DNA of 53,976 nucleotides from Bigelowiella natans CCMP2755 (GCA_000320545.1 ADNK01002891.1:1-53976), one strand, 5' to 3'; positions 12,622-27,539 are shown, counted from the stretch's first letter. Notes: generated from the letters alone by a model not told the origin. Numbers and translations are program-made.

Positions 12622-14284
12622 ATGGTGGACCGCCCGGCCCGTCGACAAGTTCCGGCGAAGTCGCCCGGGCCATCACGAGGCCCCACCAAAGACCAAACAA
12701 GCTATAATATATGGTATGCCAGTCGTCGGGCGTTTTGTTTCCTGCTTTGTCTTCTCTTACTGACCAAGCCCCTTCCAATTATAGGTATCATAAAAAACCA
12801 GGGAAGGATTACAGGGGGAGGGAGACCGAACCTGCTACCTCCCGATGTCAGGCAGCGAAGGACTCGGGATACACTAAGGGTGCGTAAAACTTTATTTGTG
12901 TATGGCAATAGCTAGATAATTCCTGTTTTTTTCCTCTTCTTCTTTTTCTTAACACATCGCTATGGTTTCCAGGAGAGCGCGCTGGAGCTGCGAACGCTTG
13001 TGTAATTCCAACAAATCAACGAAGCAGAATAACGTTTCTGGTTTTCCCCCTTCCTTTGATTGGGAGAGTATATGGCACGTGTACATGTTCTTAAATGGAT
13101 TGTATCACACTTCTACGACGACATGCCGATGAGTCATCCTCTTCGTGCATCTTTCGAATGTACTAGCAAAAGCACGCATCTGCGAAACTAATTCCATGTT
13201 GCAAAACTCCCGTTTGGCCTCTAAGAATAACAACAACAAAATTGTGTGAAAGATTCACTTCGCGCGTGGCTGCTGCAGCAAGGGAGCGGAGTGCACGTTT
13301 CTACACCGGTCGGATAACTCACACACCTTTTCGCATTTTCACGAAGTAAATACATTATTTGAATTGTAGAGTCATAACTTGTTTCTGCATTATTGTGCAT
13401 GCATGTGCATAGTTGAGTTCGTATGTGTGAATATATCGGAATCACCACCTCAAGTATGTAGGCCGAACGAGACTCATTCATATATCTTTCTAACCGCAGG
13501 ATACCCACAGAAGCAGTTGCAAAGAAATGCGACTTGATGCATGTGAGTGAATTCTGGCTTTTGCAATATGGAGAGGACTAGCATAAGAAAAGGACGTTTG
13601 AAATGTCCAAAGCTGATACTGCTATCACCTCAATTAAGGACATCTTCGGACGAGAAAGACATAGAGACCAGAAGAGCGATATGGGGTAATTTGCATCAGT
13701 TTGATGTTGTTTTCTGTTCCTATTATGAACCACACATTCTTCACATTTGAGCCAAAACATGCTTCGTTGCTATAGCTCAATAGGAATGGTTTCCTTTGCA
13801 CCTTTCTTACCTAGCCATTTCGTTAAATTGCGTATATAGTGGGGTGGGCAGCTTCGATAAAGCATCAATGACGCTTTACGTTGGCGGCCTACCAATAAAT
13901 CATAAGGTAATATCGGATTTTTGGTGTCATCAAGACGACCGACTTTAAATGAGCAAATTAACTGCACGCGTGCTCTTGCTCGAATCAACTTGTTCTCTCG
14001 AAGCAACGTTGGCTCCCATTGACTTTGCTCAGCTCTGTAAGATGCTGCCACTGAGATAAAAAAAGCAAGTTTTTCTCCCGCTCTCCTTATTTGATGAGCG
14101 TTTTTGTGCGACGATGCTTTGAACAGGGGGTGGAAGCTGCTGTAGCAAGGGAGTTTGGGGAATGGGGAGTCATTGCGCGCGTGACCTACCTAAAGCAAAA
14201 AGGCTGCTGTTTTGTGAAGTAATGGAAAATATGAAGTGTTGTTTGTTTTTTTGTAGAGAAGATGATAGTATTGAACCGCTCGGC

Positions 14285-14333
<49 letters not shown>

Positions 14334-14783
14334 TCTTACTTAGTCTAGTTTCTCCTTGTTTATCACGAATGAGGTTGATATAACCATGCGTAGCTTTGTG
14401 GAAGGATCTCCATTTCCATCCACTGCGCCTCTCTCTCTCTCGTAGACCTTTGTGATTGCGGATTTGAGCAGAGCAGATCTTGAACGTCGAGGAATAAACT
14501 TCGGAAGAATAACGGACTGTATTTTACTTTCATAGATACACTCTGAGAGCTTCAGCCGAGTTTGCAAAAGAGGCAATGATCGGCCAAACGATTGCTCTCT
14601 CGTCTCCTTGCTCAGGAGCGACAAGCGCAGCAGTGTCTTCAAAGCCTGGCGCGAAACGACGAAGAAGTAAGTTATCATCGGCCTCTTCCTCCTCGCAAAG
14701 AACGGGAATTTTGAACATTCGTTGGGCGACTGACGACCCTAATCCCAGGGGTAGTAAATGCGTAGTGTGCTGCGTCGAGCATG

Positions 14784-14820
<37 letters not shown>

Positions 14821-15863
14821 TGTGTGTCTGTGAAATAACGATCATGATGACGATCATGATAATGGTGGCGATGGTGATTGTAGTTGTGGCGATGGTGATA
14901 ATGATGACGATGATGATGATGACGATGATGATGATGACGATGATGATGATGGCGATGATAAAAACAAGAAATCAATCAGGATGATGATAATGCTGCTATC
15001 GTCAAATCATCATCATCATCATCAACAACAACTTCATCATCATCATCATTATTATCAGCAACAACAAAAACAACCCCACCTACCCAAAACTATGCCTTTC
15101 CTCCACAGCAATACGGCGGGAGGAGAATCTAAGAAGGCAGCAGCTAGACGCGAAGTTGCGGTCTCTACAAAGGCGCGCAGGGGACCCCAGAGAGGCGAAC
15201 AAGCACTCTCGAAAGCAGCACCAGCAGCAGCATCGTCAACCACCACAATACCATCAATATATAGATAAAAACCCACACACACAAATCCACTGCCAGCAGT
15301 TCTACAGCCCCAACCCACCAACGAGCCATCATGCACCTTGGCCTCATTCAACCCCTGCATTTCCATCAAACGAGCGGGGTTATCACGCAGCAGCGGCGGA
15401 GCCTTCTTCGGCCTCCTCCTTTCCATCTTCGCTTGAATACCCCGACACGTCTGGGCAGTACCCCGAGGCTGCTACGCATCACACTACACCCCAAGCAGGC
15501 TCACGGGTGGGTGATGAGGAGCCCCCCCCCCCTGAGCCGTCAGATGACGTTATAGAGTACGTGTCTGAGGAGGGGGGAGACGCTTCAGCTATTTCAATAA
15601 TAACACCTTGCTTACACCTCGAGACGGACACGGGGAAGGACTCTGGCGCTGGGGGCAAGAAAAAGAGGAAGCGAATACCGAAAACAAAGACCGGCGAACC
15701 GCCATCGTCGCCATCATTAGGGGCGGGTACAACTCTTGAGAGCAGTCGGAGAAAGGAGGAGAAGAACGGTGGCGGTGCTACGCGTGGCCAAGAGCCGGGT
15801 CCGTTGGTGGGCCTGTTAGGGAATTACGGCTCATCGTCTGATGACGAGAACGGTGACGAGTGA
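12622..15863 (+). CDS. CWC2: Pre-mRNA splicing factor Cwc2 (Torus/CCCH zinc finger + RRM), ~10 exons
   Basis: Approximate exons 12622-12713, 12785-12879, 12973-13001, 13253-13308, 13500-13542, 13639-13685, 13840-13906, 14127-14218, 14536-14750, 15109-15863 give RPARRQV…YNIWYHK…SRCQAAKDSGYTKG…CIHFARGCCSKGAECTFLHRIP…DIFGRERH..DMGGVGSF..TLYVGG…EFGEWG…FVKY..SAEFAKEAM…ILNIRWATDDPNP, all Cwc2 hallmark motifs. Confidence 0.92.
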
Positions 15864-16374
15864 TGGGGATATGGGTATATGGCCCATATAGCCTGGTTAA
15901 ATGAGCGAGTTGCATCACTCGATGCCTTAACAAGTAGCTTGATGCATGAAGATGCTACGGTGTTCCTTGTGATTTCGTGTTAAATATGTTATATTTATCG
16001 TATTATTATCATTAGTCCAAGCCGTTTCCAAGCTAGCTAGCTAGCTGGCTAGGGTGTCTAAGTAGCGAACTATGCAGCATGCTTATTTATTCGCATCGAA
16101 TCTTAATTCCAAATATTTGAAGAATGCGTGTACGTACGAAGTCTAGGAAGTGTAGGATGTGTGCATCTGCATATAGATTATTTGCACGATGATATACATT
16201 TGCATCAGCGCTTTTTATCTAGTTTATACGCCACGCACATGCTGCGCTCACGTTTGGCACGATCGGCTCTTATATGCGCCAGATGCGGCTAAAGATCCGA
16301 TACAACATGCGACGCGCCATGTACACAAACACGCGCAGTGAGCAAGATGGCCGCCATGTACAAAGTAGCGTTAT

Positions 16375-18474
16375 TTACGTATTGTCTATTATCAGCGCAC
16401 ATAGCATATAGATAGAGAAGTGCTTACAAATCACTGTTTCGGCATACATGATAGAACCACCTGCAGACCTTCTAACTGACCTACCATCGCGTCCTCCGCA
16501 AGCATCACGATATATAATGACTACAATACAAAGCACGCCACACCATGTACATGTGGCGCTGCAGGGATGCATCTAGACTAGCAGACAAGTCGCTCAAAGA
16601 AATCGCTCCCCTGCTTGGCACCAACTTGAATGAATGCGAGAATGCAGGGCAAGCCATACTAGTATAGCTGCCAACCCCACTATCGGGAGAGCTATTTCCA
16701 ATAATCTCCAAGATTAGGAGGAGGAGGAGGAGGAGGAGGACTAGAGGAGGAGGGGGGGAGGAAGAAGCGCTAAGAGAGAGAGATGACCTCCACATTATCT
16801 AGCCGTTGTATTGCCTCATCTGACACAAAATACATCCGTTCATAGTCCACGGAGCGCAACGAAGAAACCTCAGGCTCAGAGGAGTCATCAGCCTTGGCAT
16901 TTCTAACACCAGTACGTGGTCCCTCCTCTGACGCTGCGCGCCGAAACGCATGATGCCAACCTAAATGTGGAGGGGGGGGGGGGGGGGGGATACAAATGCT
17001 ACGGGATTAGAGATGGAGAAGGCATACGCACCGTTTGCCAAATGATAAAAGAAAGAGGTGTATTTATATGTTATGTCGCTGCTTTGGTTGCATACGTGCG
17101 TTCTCTTGATCGAGAAGCCCCATGTATGATGCTAGCAGCCTCGTTGTAGTCTCCAGGGATGGGGATGGCGAAGAGGATGATGATGCTGTCGGCGCAGGGT
17201 CGCTATGCCCCTCCGCTTATTATTACACATAATATCATTAGCGCAAGTGAGCAATTCAAACCAACTCTATTCTACATAGAAATAGAGGTCGCTTTTATAT
17301 TATTTTCCGTCACAACTACCTCTAATATAGTCCTCCACATTTATCGGCTGCATGTTTCTGGTCTGCCAAACAATCCTCTGCTCCGAGACGCCCCCCCCCG
17401 CACCATAGTCATCGTCACCGTGGCCATGATCAAGCTGGATGACTCCGTCTCTATGATTTTCTATCTTTCTTCGCAGATTGGCAAACTACGACATCGAAGC
17501 AGCAATCGAACAAAACACGTTTTTTTCAGCAATACAATATGAGAAAAGAGCAGTCCGTGAGTTTAACCAGATTGATTTAGACGGCACAGTCACGATATAT
17601 CGATTCAGTAGGATGGTTAGGAGATGTGCAGAGTACTACCGAAGGCCCTGGAAACACTCTTTGCACGTATAAGTCCACTATATTTCTCCATGTTACCTAA
17701 TACGCCACAACCCAATCTATTCTTAGCATATGCGCTATAGACACAACAGCGCGGTTCTTTATGCAAAATATCAGCAGATTTTTTCCTTCATACCCCCAAA
17801 AGCGCTATCTAATATGAATTTGCTGCTCCGATAACGAGTATACTAACCCTCTCCCCCCCCCCCCCCCCGAATACCTCGACGAAAGCATCCTCAACATCTT
17901 TTGGGTTGAAGACAACCAAACACCAGTTGTTGCTATCGCTCGTAGATGATGATTGTGATGATGACGATGCCGACGACGATGGGGACGAGGATGTGCATGA
18001 TGGCGATGATGACGAGGAAGAACGTAACCATAAGGATGGTGTGAGGAAGGAGGAAAAATAGCCGCCCACGGACGGAGTTTCCGGTCTCCATTCAGTCTGA
18101 GTGCATGCCATCGTGCGCATTCGATCGTGAAATATACAAACACACACGCACACACACACGCACGCACACACACACACACAAACACACAAACACACAAACA
18201 CACACGCTCAACCACATATTGTTGTGTTTTTACTTCACCAAAATTGCTGTACCCGACCTTTGGTATTGTAGCTATATGTGCAAGGAATTCAGGTCCAGAT
18301 ACCTGAGAAGCAGCATAATCATATCAATACATACCCTCCCCTCCCCACCATCAACCAAATCGCGAGCACTAGGCCCTCGCCATCCTTTTGAAAACCGATT
18401 CTCCCGCAAAAACACTACACACACACACGCACACACACACACACACATAGAGAGAGATCGAGAGAGAGAGAGAG

Positions 18475-18515
<41 letters not shown>

Positions 18516-19352
18516 CAGTCACACAAGCAGAGCACGGTGAGGATGGCAGTAGCACGCAAAACGCATGGGCAATCGAATACATGTGTACTATACACGCTAG
18601 CATTTCCTTAACGAATGCCACCACCCACCGGTGCATATAATCTTGGCTTGCGCCTGTAAGTGGCGGAGCTCTCGGCTTGTGTCTGTGCAATCTTCCTCGC
18701 AAAGTCTTCTGAGAGAAGCGATTGGCGCTGAAGCACCTCCTCCTTCTGATTGATTGATTTTACGGGATTTGAGCATTTCAGCAGGGGACAGACATGTCTG
18801 GCAGATGCGAAAGAGTAAAAAGCTTCGATGTCATCATCATCGTTGATTAAGATGTGTGAGCATGTGCGGCCATCCTACTATCCTACTACCGCCGTATCCC
18901 CACGACTACAAACAACTGACCGTTCCTGGCACGAGCCTCGCGCGTAGATGCGAGAGATCAGCGGTGAGAATGCTCACTGGGCAATTCACAACATGCACAG
19001 CAAAGGTCTATGGATTATGTCGCAATTCAAGGGAAATGGCAAATAGATTCGAATTTGCTGCCGCTGTCGGTAGTGATAACAACGACTAATACATTGGTAT
19101 CTGATATTAACGTGGGAGGCATCCTGCATCACCGGCGCTGTGTGCCTATATTCTCTACACCTGTATCGCCATCCTCGAGCAATTTGGCGAAATCTTTAGG
19201 ACTCAGCCCGAGGTTTTTCCTGTCCAAATCGGGGACTTTGGGGTTGTATATCGTGGGGCTCAACGCGTTTGACATCAACCAGTAAGTCGCCTGGTTTAGT
19301 AAGAATAAAATCAATCACTTCTTCCATCTCCCCCTTCGCTCCCCTCTCCCCC

Positions 19353-19415
<63 letters not shown>

Positions 19416-20111
19416 TTCTCTCTCCCCCTCCCCCAGAGTTCCATTTTCGATTGACAAATTAAATGGCACTCGTTTGTTCCTTACCGATCCGATGAGACCT
19501 GACATCACCACGAATGCGACTCTTGTTTGTGTCGAGGGAGCACCAGAATTCGCACCGCTAATTAACCACAACATAGAGGGCAGGCAAGAACATGGCCGGT
19601 CAGTGGGTGGGATGGCTTGACTAAAAGAGCTGAATTCTGCCGTGCTTGCATTTAGAATAGCTTAGCCGGTGACAACGAAAAGCAACGCCCCTCCAGCATC
19701 TAAAAAAATAAGGCAAGCCCCCCTGTGTCTGTCCTCCACCCTTTCTAATTGCAAGGTCTCTTACTGGCATCGCCCTTGACCGATCAATACGTCGCTACTC
19801 GTAATACGCATGAATCAACTACATTTCCTGCTGCTACTACGGCTGAGCGAGGAAAACGGCGCACCCAACGGGCATGCTATGACAATATACCGTGGTCCCA
19901 CCCTCCCTAGTCTCTGGGGCGACGGACGACTCGAAAGCATTCTTCGAGGCGAGTGGTGTGATCGTAGCAAATGGCCACGTGCCATTGCCTTCTGCCCCGA
20001 GCCCTGGAACCACGTTAACCTCTGACCAAGTTCAAAGCGATGATGGCTATGGAAGTGCCGAGCGTAAAGCATTGCTCTGGTGCGCCTGCACGACCGCACA
20101 GAGACCAGCAT
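16375..20111 (-). CDS. Multi-exon hypothetical protein; Arg/Ser/His-rich N-terminus resembling a mitochondrial presequence
   Basis: A series of GT-AG-bounded open segments: MLVSVRSCRRTRAMLYARHFHS…, TQTRVAFVVMSGLIGS, ATYWLMSNALSPTIYNPKVPDLDRKNLGL…, TFAVHVVNCPVSILTADLSHLRARLVPGT, WCLVVFNPKDVEDAFVE, VDYERMYFVSDEAIQRLDN. No family recognised; ends approximate. Confidence 0.5.
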
Positions 20112-20559
20112 TGGAACGAGTGGTTGTCTCTCAGTCGGGCCGGGGCTTGTTACAGATGTTGCAGGATGTGTTGCAAGAAATACCCTGGATTTTCCCCGGG
20201 ATAATCCTATATTTGATCACCATAACGTCACATTTCGATTCAGAAAACTGACTTTCTGTTTAGATTCATCAGGTCGTCCATATCACGGTTACAGTGCCGA
20301 TCAAATTCTGTCGAACTTCATTCATGCTGCATTCATTCATTCATTCGTTCACTTCAGCCCTACGACAGGTCAAAAACCAAGGTTTACCCAAACATACACA
20401 ACATTCCATGTCGTTTTTATCGGACGACAACCAAGAAAACAGGGATTTATTCATGAATGGCATGCAATTCAGTTAAAGCCATTAATTGCCTGCGTTTCTG
20501 GAAGAAATTCTTCTGTTTTGTCAGCCGAAGATGGAATCCGGTTGTGTTTCATAACAACA

Positions 20560-21100
20560 ACAACAACGGCAATGCCGCAGGGAGGCAGATGCCACGACGC
20601 TTTCTTCATTGTTCATTGTTCATTGTTCACGAGCAACGAGTTGCAATTTAGTTTCCAACGCTCAGCGTTCTGGCCAAAAACCGCAATGAGATGCTGAGGC
20701 GCATGAGATTGTGAGAGGCTGCCAACAACCTCCAAAGTGTCAATGTGTCTCTGAAAGAGTGAGGCCCACGTTCTGGAGTTCTCTCAGCCGTGCAACCGCA
20801 TTGCATTTTTCACTCCCAGTGACGATGCGGAACATGCTAGCATGGTGGAAGAAAGGAGAGAGGAGAAAGTATCGACAATGGGTCTAGAAGTGTTTGCTGG
20901 TGTGGCACCAGCAAACCAATCCGTCACAGTTGAAAGCAAGATGACGGCATTGCACGCCACAACGTCGGTCTAGCGGTGCTGCAAGTTGTTCTACCTCGAG
21001 CGCTCATTCCAATCATCAAGAAATGAGTCATCACCCCATGCCCAGCAAGCATGTGCATGCACATTGTCATCCAAGTGGGTTCTTGAATCACGCATATGGC
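20560..21100. other. TpA-depleted intergenic island
   Basis: Between 20651 and ~21090 only about 5 TA, three of them CTAG (20837, 20884, 20970). Confidence 0.6.
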
Positions 21101-21341
21101 ACGTTACATTTAGCTATATAGGACCGTACGTTGCTCTTGCAAACACGACTCATGAAGTGGCAGCAGCACTTGTCGTCTCAATCGAAGCAGTAGCGCTAGC
21201 GAGCTAGGCATAATGGCTAGCGCATGATGTCTCTTTTTAAAAAACCATTTTATTAACGACATAGACGAAATCGTTCTTCCACGAATCGTTCGTTCCTGAG
21301 CTGGGATCCATATGATCTAGTGATGCTGGAAGACAAACGTT

Positions 21342-21794
21342 TCACATCACAGTTTCACAAAACCTCTCCAATGCTAATAGCTCCTGGTTGACAGAATGAG
21401 CATTTCCGGCCTAAATCGACGAACAGAATCTCAATTTATTATGAAACCTTAATTGGTTGGCGTGACATACTTCTAAGACAATCTGTTCCTTCTGAGAATG
21501 AATGAATTGTTCTATTTTGTAATATTTTGCACCCCACCTTCATCAATGATTGCTGGAGGGCAGTCCTGTTGAAGGATAAAAACATCGCTCATTGATGGAG
21601 GGCGAGAAATGCAATTCTCAAATTGGAAATACTCGGTAGTTTCAATGGTTTGATAGATATTTCGAAAAAATAGAATCGCTCTATTCGCAGAAATAACGGG
21701 GAAAATGAACACCTTCGCTCCTCACACCACCGACTTTCTGTATACCCGGCATAACTGCAAATCACAAAAAAGACGAAATCAAATCCCTTCGCAG

Positions 21795-21837
<43 letters not shown>

Positions 21838-22222
21838 GGCAATTGCGTTCAAAACTCCGAAAATATCGGGTGAATCAGCAGTATTCTGGCTTCTTTCGCT
21901 CTTGATTTTGATGATGTAATTCCACGATTTTGAAAAAAAAAACACACACACATAAGCCCGAATAAACATGCAGAAATCAAGAAAGCGGTCAGGGGCTCTC
22001 CAACCTGAAATAATCTTTTTCCATGAAGGCGAACTCCTCTTCCCCCCCCCCCTCGAAATGCTTGCACAGGGGCCGTGCGCTTCCCTTGTCGCAATCCGCA
22101 CGATAGTAGGCCATCTGAGCTGCAAGAGGGCATTCATCGAATGATAGTCAGTTTAAGCGCGAGACTGTACCGAAATTCATAAATGTGAGTGCGTGTGTTT
22201 GCCTCAAGATTGGTAAGAGGGG

Positions 22223-22258
<36 letters not shown>

Positions 22259-23112
22259 CACTAGAGTCTCTAGGGCTGGCATAATTTGCCGTAATGGCTA
22301 TTGTTTCTTCCAAATTTAAGGCCCCTGGAAAAAATGAATGATAATATAAATCAACTTAAACCATACACATACACACTCGCAATGAAGTTTATATAAATTA
22401 ACAGTTCCCCAGCATTTTTGAGGAGAATAATCGGTATTCTCCAACATATTTCTCACTCCGCACTGTTTATTGTACTATACCATGAGGTGAGGAATTCGGT
22501 ATATAAATAACATCCCCGGCATGTAGCTCTCCCTAAAAAAAATAGACACGATACATTCAAACGCTATTGTTTTTTGCTAGATGTCATATTCCTTCCACAA
22601 TGTATGCACGGAGAGAGGAAAGAGGGGGGGGGGTTACACGTGCGCAGTGGTCAATTAGGGCACATGCCAAAACAATTGGCCGTCGGCTATGCTATGTAAA
22701 TGCCTTCACCTCATATACGTGCAACTCACACATTTTTGGAAAGCGCCGTTTGTAGCTATCCGGCCGAAATATCTCAAACTCTGAGAGATCACACATGGCC
22801 ACGCGCACCCAAGTAACATACAGGAAGTCAAATATACTCATTCCCGTTGTTTTTGGCGTGGAAACCGAACTCGCTAACGACCATAGGATTGCGACGGCTT
22901 GCGAAAAGCCTCAGGATAAATGGCTGAGGAAGTCTCGTAAGGTCTATTTGTAAGATGACAAGTGAGATTATACGCTCAATCCCTCAGTGCTGCAGTGAGT
23001 TGTGATCGAGTTTATTTTGACAAAAAGGTGAAGTTTTATCCAGATATTGATCTCAGATTCATATATACATATATTATATGAATAAGTATTAAAAAAATAT
23101 TTTTTCCTACAT

Positions 23113-23153
<41 letters not shown>

Positions 23154-23644
23154 CGTGAAGTTTGCGCACATATTTCATGTCTACATATAAATTCACCCAG
23201 GCTGAGAAGAGTCTTGATCTAATATTGAAGGCCAACTAAGAATCGTGTAAAAGGCTGATAAGTTAGTCTCACATTGGGAAAAGCTCTACATCTACGCACA
23301 TACACCCCACCCGCCCCCACGCATATATCTATAATATCATGTATTCATATATAGCATATTACACCTTCTCGCTTCCGGGTTAACAAGATGAGCATTTAGC
23401 GACGGCGTGAGAATGCGAAAGAGCTTCTTGCCTCTCACCAGCTAATGTTTGAGAAACACACCACCGAATATCACAGAAATGCGGCAAATATACCTTGGTC
23501 AAAAACATATTGGAATCACATCAATGCGAGCAAGCGATTGTCGCATCGATTATAGACACATATGCACATCTTCCACATTCATGTAAAAACGCGAAAAACG
23601 GCGCAAAGATGTAATTCGAGAGGATGTGGGTCGCATTATTAGAG

Positions 23645-23688
<44 letters not shown>

Positions 23689-23836
23689 GTGCGCGTGCGA
23701 GCACATTTGTTTATATGTATATTCTTGTGTTCCTGGGTGATGCTACCCCCATCCAGAATGGAAGGCCGTCATCGTCGTAATGAATCTACCAACGAATTAT
23801 GTCGATGATGTCAAGATGATGCTGCAGTCGTCGTGT

Positions 23837-23890
<54 letters not shown>

Positions 23891-24063
23891 ATGTGTACAT
23901 ACACATTCTTTACATTAGCCAAACCACACGCAAGCATCCACGCTAGCATATAAACGCCCCTGTCTCCCTCTCACATCTCCCACTCTGTACACATTGCGAC
24001 TGCTGTAGTTATTACCTCGGATCTTGTCTGCGGACTGCCAATCATCATTGTGGGCCAGAAATA

Positions 24064-24101
<38 letters not shown>

Positions 24102-24157
24102 TTGCAGATTGTGTGGTTTTCGTCCCGGCTGAAGCACTCGGTTGTGATTGTGCGTGT

Positions 24158-24231
<74 letters not shown>

Positions 24232-25185
24232 ATGTTTAAAGGCGCGAGCTTCGTATTTCCACTCTTGACCCCATAAAGCCTTTGTGATGATCGTGAGTAG
24301 ATACATTTCGGTACCAACAAAAGCAAACCGATACGACTTGCAAATTCAGCGACTTAAAGTCCGCCTCACCTGACATTCTTGGGATTCCTCGCAGCGTCTT
24401 TGCGGGAGAGAGTCTGTAAGGAAATCGTCGGATGTTAGTGATTGTGCATACTCTACTTGGCCATGCGAGCAATGGATGGAAAAGCTGTGATTTTGCAATC
24501 GCTAATATCACATGCGTGACACCGCCATAACAGCGCGCCCATTCTACATAGCCCTGCAAACAACCTGCAGGAGGCATTGCGAGAAGTACTTCGGAATCTG
24601 AAATTATATATAAAATTTCAATTGTCTGCAGCTCATCAACTACATATGCGTATCTTTATTTCACCATTTCTGAAATAAACGCTGCACGTCTTAACATCAT
24701 CATCATAGGCATTATAGTGCTTCAAGGAAAGTTACAAGTGGGTGTAGATGTAGAGCTATTTTGCCGAAATAAACCTTAAAATCCCTTGTGAGAATTGGAC
24801 ACTGATCTACAATCCCATAATCAAAGCCGTATCTAATGATGCAGCAGACGACGTTAGCAGGTAGCAAACTCCGCATTACATATATTCAATGGAGACGGAT
24901 GCAAACTGATGGCATTGGCCACGCTCGTGATCTGTATGGTTTAAGAGTGCTTTTGTGGCGAAAGAAGGCCTTCATTTCTCTGTGCGTTTTGGGATTAGGT
25001 CTAAGAGATGAGGGCAATGGGAGAAACCACCTTCGTTTTTTCCAATGTAAAGATTGGTACTCTTTTTCCTTCATATACCTACATATATAATCTACATTTA
25101 TATGTATTTATATTCATATCTTTTTATATATGATTTCGTACATTGTTAGTAATGTGTGCTTTCATCTCTTCTCTCCCTGCGACCC

Positions 25186-25216
<31 letters not shown>

Positions 25217-25481
25217 CCCCTCTCTCTTCCTTTCTCGCTGCGTATGATTCAGCCTATACAAACAGTCTGTGTGTGCGTGTGTCTTGTGAAAGATTTATAG
25301 CTGGCCAACATGAGAAAGTCTTCAAAGTAGGTGAAGGTGTTATCGCCCAAATTGCCCCTAACAAATTGCCAGAACCGTCGGATTGACGACGACGTGCGTT
25401 GTACATTATCAATGCAGGAAGAAGCTAGGATTCATGAATAACGAAATACGACAAAGTACCATTTCTATATATACATATATT

Positions 25482-25519
<38 letters not shown>

Positions 25520-25671
25520 CAATATATATATTACTGTCTGTGTGTATGGGCGTGTATTTTCCCTACTATGCGATGAAGATTTACACAGATGTTAGGTTGG
25601 GAATACGTGTACATATGCATCGTTACTTTCCAATTAGATCGGCGTAGCTCCATCTAAACAAACACACCATA

Positions 25672-25711
<40 letters not shown>

Positions 25712-25772
25712 CATGGGCCGAAGCAAACCCATACAAATTAAACTCAAGCCTAACTACACACACACAAGCGCG

Positions 25773-25817
<45 letters not shown>

Positions 25818-25986
25818 GCATGTAATATCTAAACTTGCATCGAATGTCGGGCAAACACACCTTTTTGCTGGCCAATGAGTAGCAAGGCCCTTGAATATCT
25901 GAACATGAAGAAAACCACATTATACCACCATACAGATGCGTATATGCACATCCAAATTGCCTACATCATAGAAAACATGCTTCTTG

Positions 25987-26025
<39 letters not shown>

Positions 26026-26289
26026 ACTATACACAAGCACACATACACGCACACGCGTACTGTATATCTCCATTCGTCAAGACATTATGGACATCGACAT
26101 ATACGCGTGCGCGTGCGCGTGCGCGTGCATGGTCATACCACAGGAGCGTGTGTGTACTTTGCATAGAAATTCTTCCACCGAGACATCTGACGAGTAATTA
26201 CGTTTGAAAGGGTACGTATAGGTTGCTTTGATTCTTCGTGATGGTCATTTAACTTGCAACATCTAAATTCGCACACACACACACACGCG

Positions 26290-26336
<47 letters not shown>

Positions 26337-26473
26337 GCATACCAGCGCCACGTACATTTAACACTGCTCGTGTTTTTTTTTTAATGTAACTCGTCTTCGA
26401 GCCTCTACTCGGCTGCAACTTACCAGATGCATTGACTCTTTGAATCTTATATGTTGACCAGCTACCGTCACAA

Positions 26474-26518
<45 letters not shown>

Positions 26519-26893
26519 AATACACACGCATTCACACGCCTTACGACCGAGTAAGAATTGAGATTGTAAAATCATATTTTTGTGGAAGAACCAACCACTC
26601 ACTGTTCTCCTGGCTTAGCACCGGGTCGATTGGATTGCCTCCATTCTCTCTGCTGCTGCTACTGCAGCTGCTGCTGCTGCCTAATTCTCTCGAGCCCGAT
26701 AACGTGCAGGTTTCTTTCTCTTCAAGGCCATCATCACCCGCGCCTGATGGGAAAATGCGTCCGTTTTGTGAGAAATTGCAAGCAGTTATTCTTGATGACT
26801 TGTTTATTTGCCACCGTCTTTCAAAGCAGCAGCGTCTGCTAGATAGAATAGAATCGTCGCAACGGAGGAGAGGGGTGAGCGGCCCAGCCCCAT
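21342..26893 (-). CDS. JmjC-domain (cupin-like, JMJD4/6/8-type) 2-oxoglutarate/Fe(II) oxygenase with predicted signal peptide; many small exons
   Basis: Spliced exons: MGLGRSPLSSVATILFYLADAAALKD (from 26893), APV|IFKGLATHWPAKR|WSYADLIGK, YFWPTMMIGSPQTRSE|IHYDDDGLPFWMG|LVRGKKLFRILTP, GELHAGDVIYIPNSSPH|GALNLEETIAITANYASP, …LLALERFCETVM*. The H-x-D…H iron-binding triad is intact. Confidence 0.82.
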
Positions 26894-27253
26894 GATCTCC
26901 GAAATGATCAATAAATTCAGACTACCATGGATGCTATTAGAGATAATAGGTGCTTCTTTTTACTCTGCGACATATTTATATTTCGATTCAGCTGAATTAT
27001 TACCTGCGTTTTATCTATTATGAATTATATATTCGGAACACCTATAGCTTATCCTTTATCGGGTGATTCAATTTTTCATAAACGCCGTTTGATTTTTAGG
27101 AAATATGGCTTTCTTCTTTGTCGCAGATTCTATATTACATTAAATTCTCGCGTTTTATCAAACGAAGAGAATATTATGTCCAAATGAGCAATCATAATCC
27201 AGACTGCCCCCCCCCTTCTCCCCTGACACACGCTATCTGCTTCTTTGCAAACG

Positions 27254-27539
27254 ATGAGTTCCGCAGCAGTCAAGCGGGCGGGTCTTCTGATGATGATGCT
27301 ATCACGAAGTACGAATCGAATGCGCGTCTGGGGGGGTGGTGGGTCACAGCACGGTGCGATTTCATCGATCCATTGCATTGGAAGAATGAATAATCCTGGA
27401 GCCTCAGTATCCGGTACTGTGTGGAAAGGCCCTCCAGGTTATTCGGAGAATGCAACGATATGCGTTCGCATATGTTTGTGTTGAGTTGTCTTTAGGAGTG
27501 TAGTATGCTAACTTTTTGTTCTATGTGTTGGTGTTTGCG

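Noticed and set aside
14195-14225. Non-canonical GC-AG intron in CWC2 after KQK
   Set aside because: The frame continues as GCCFVK to a canonical GT donor at 14219.
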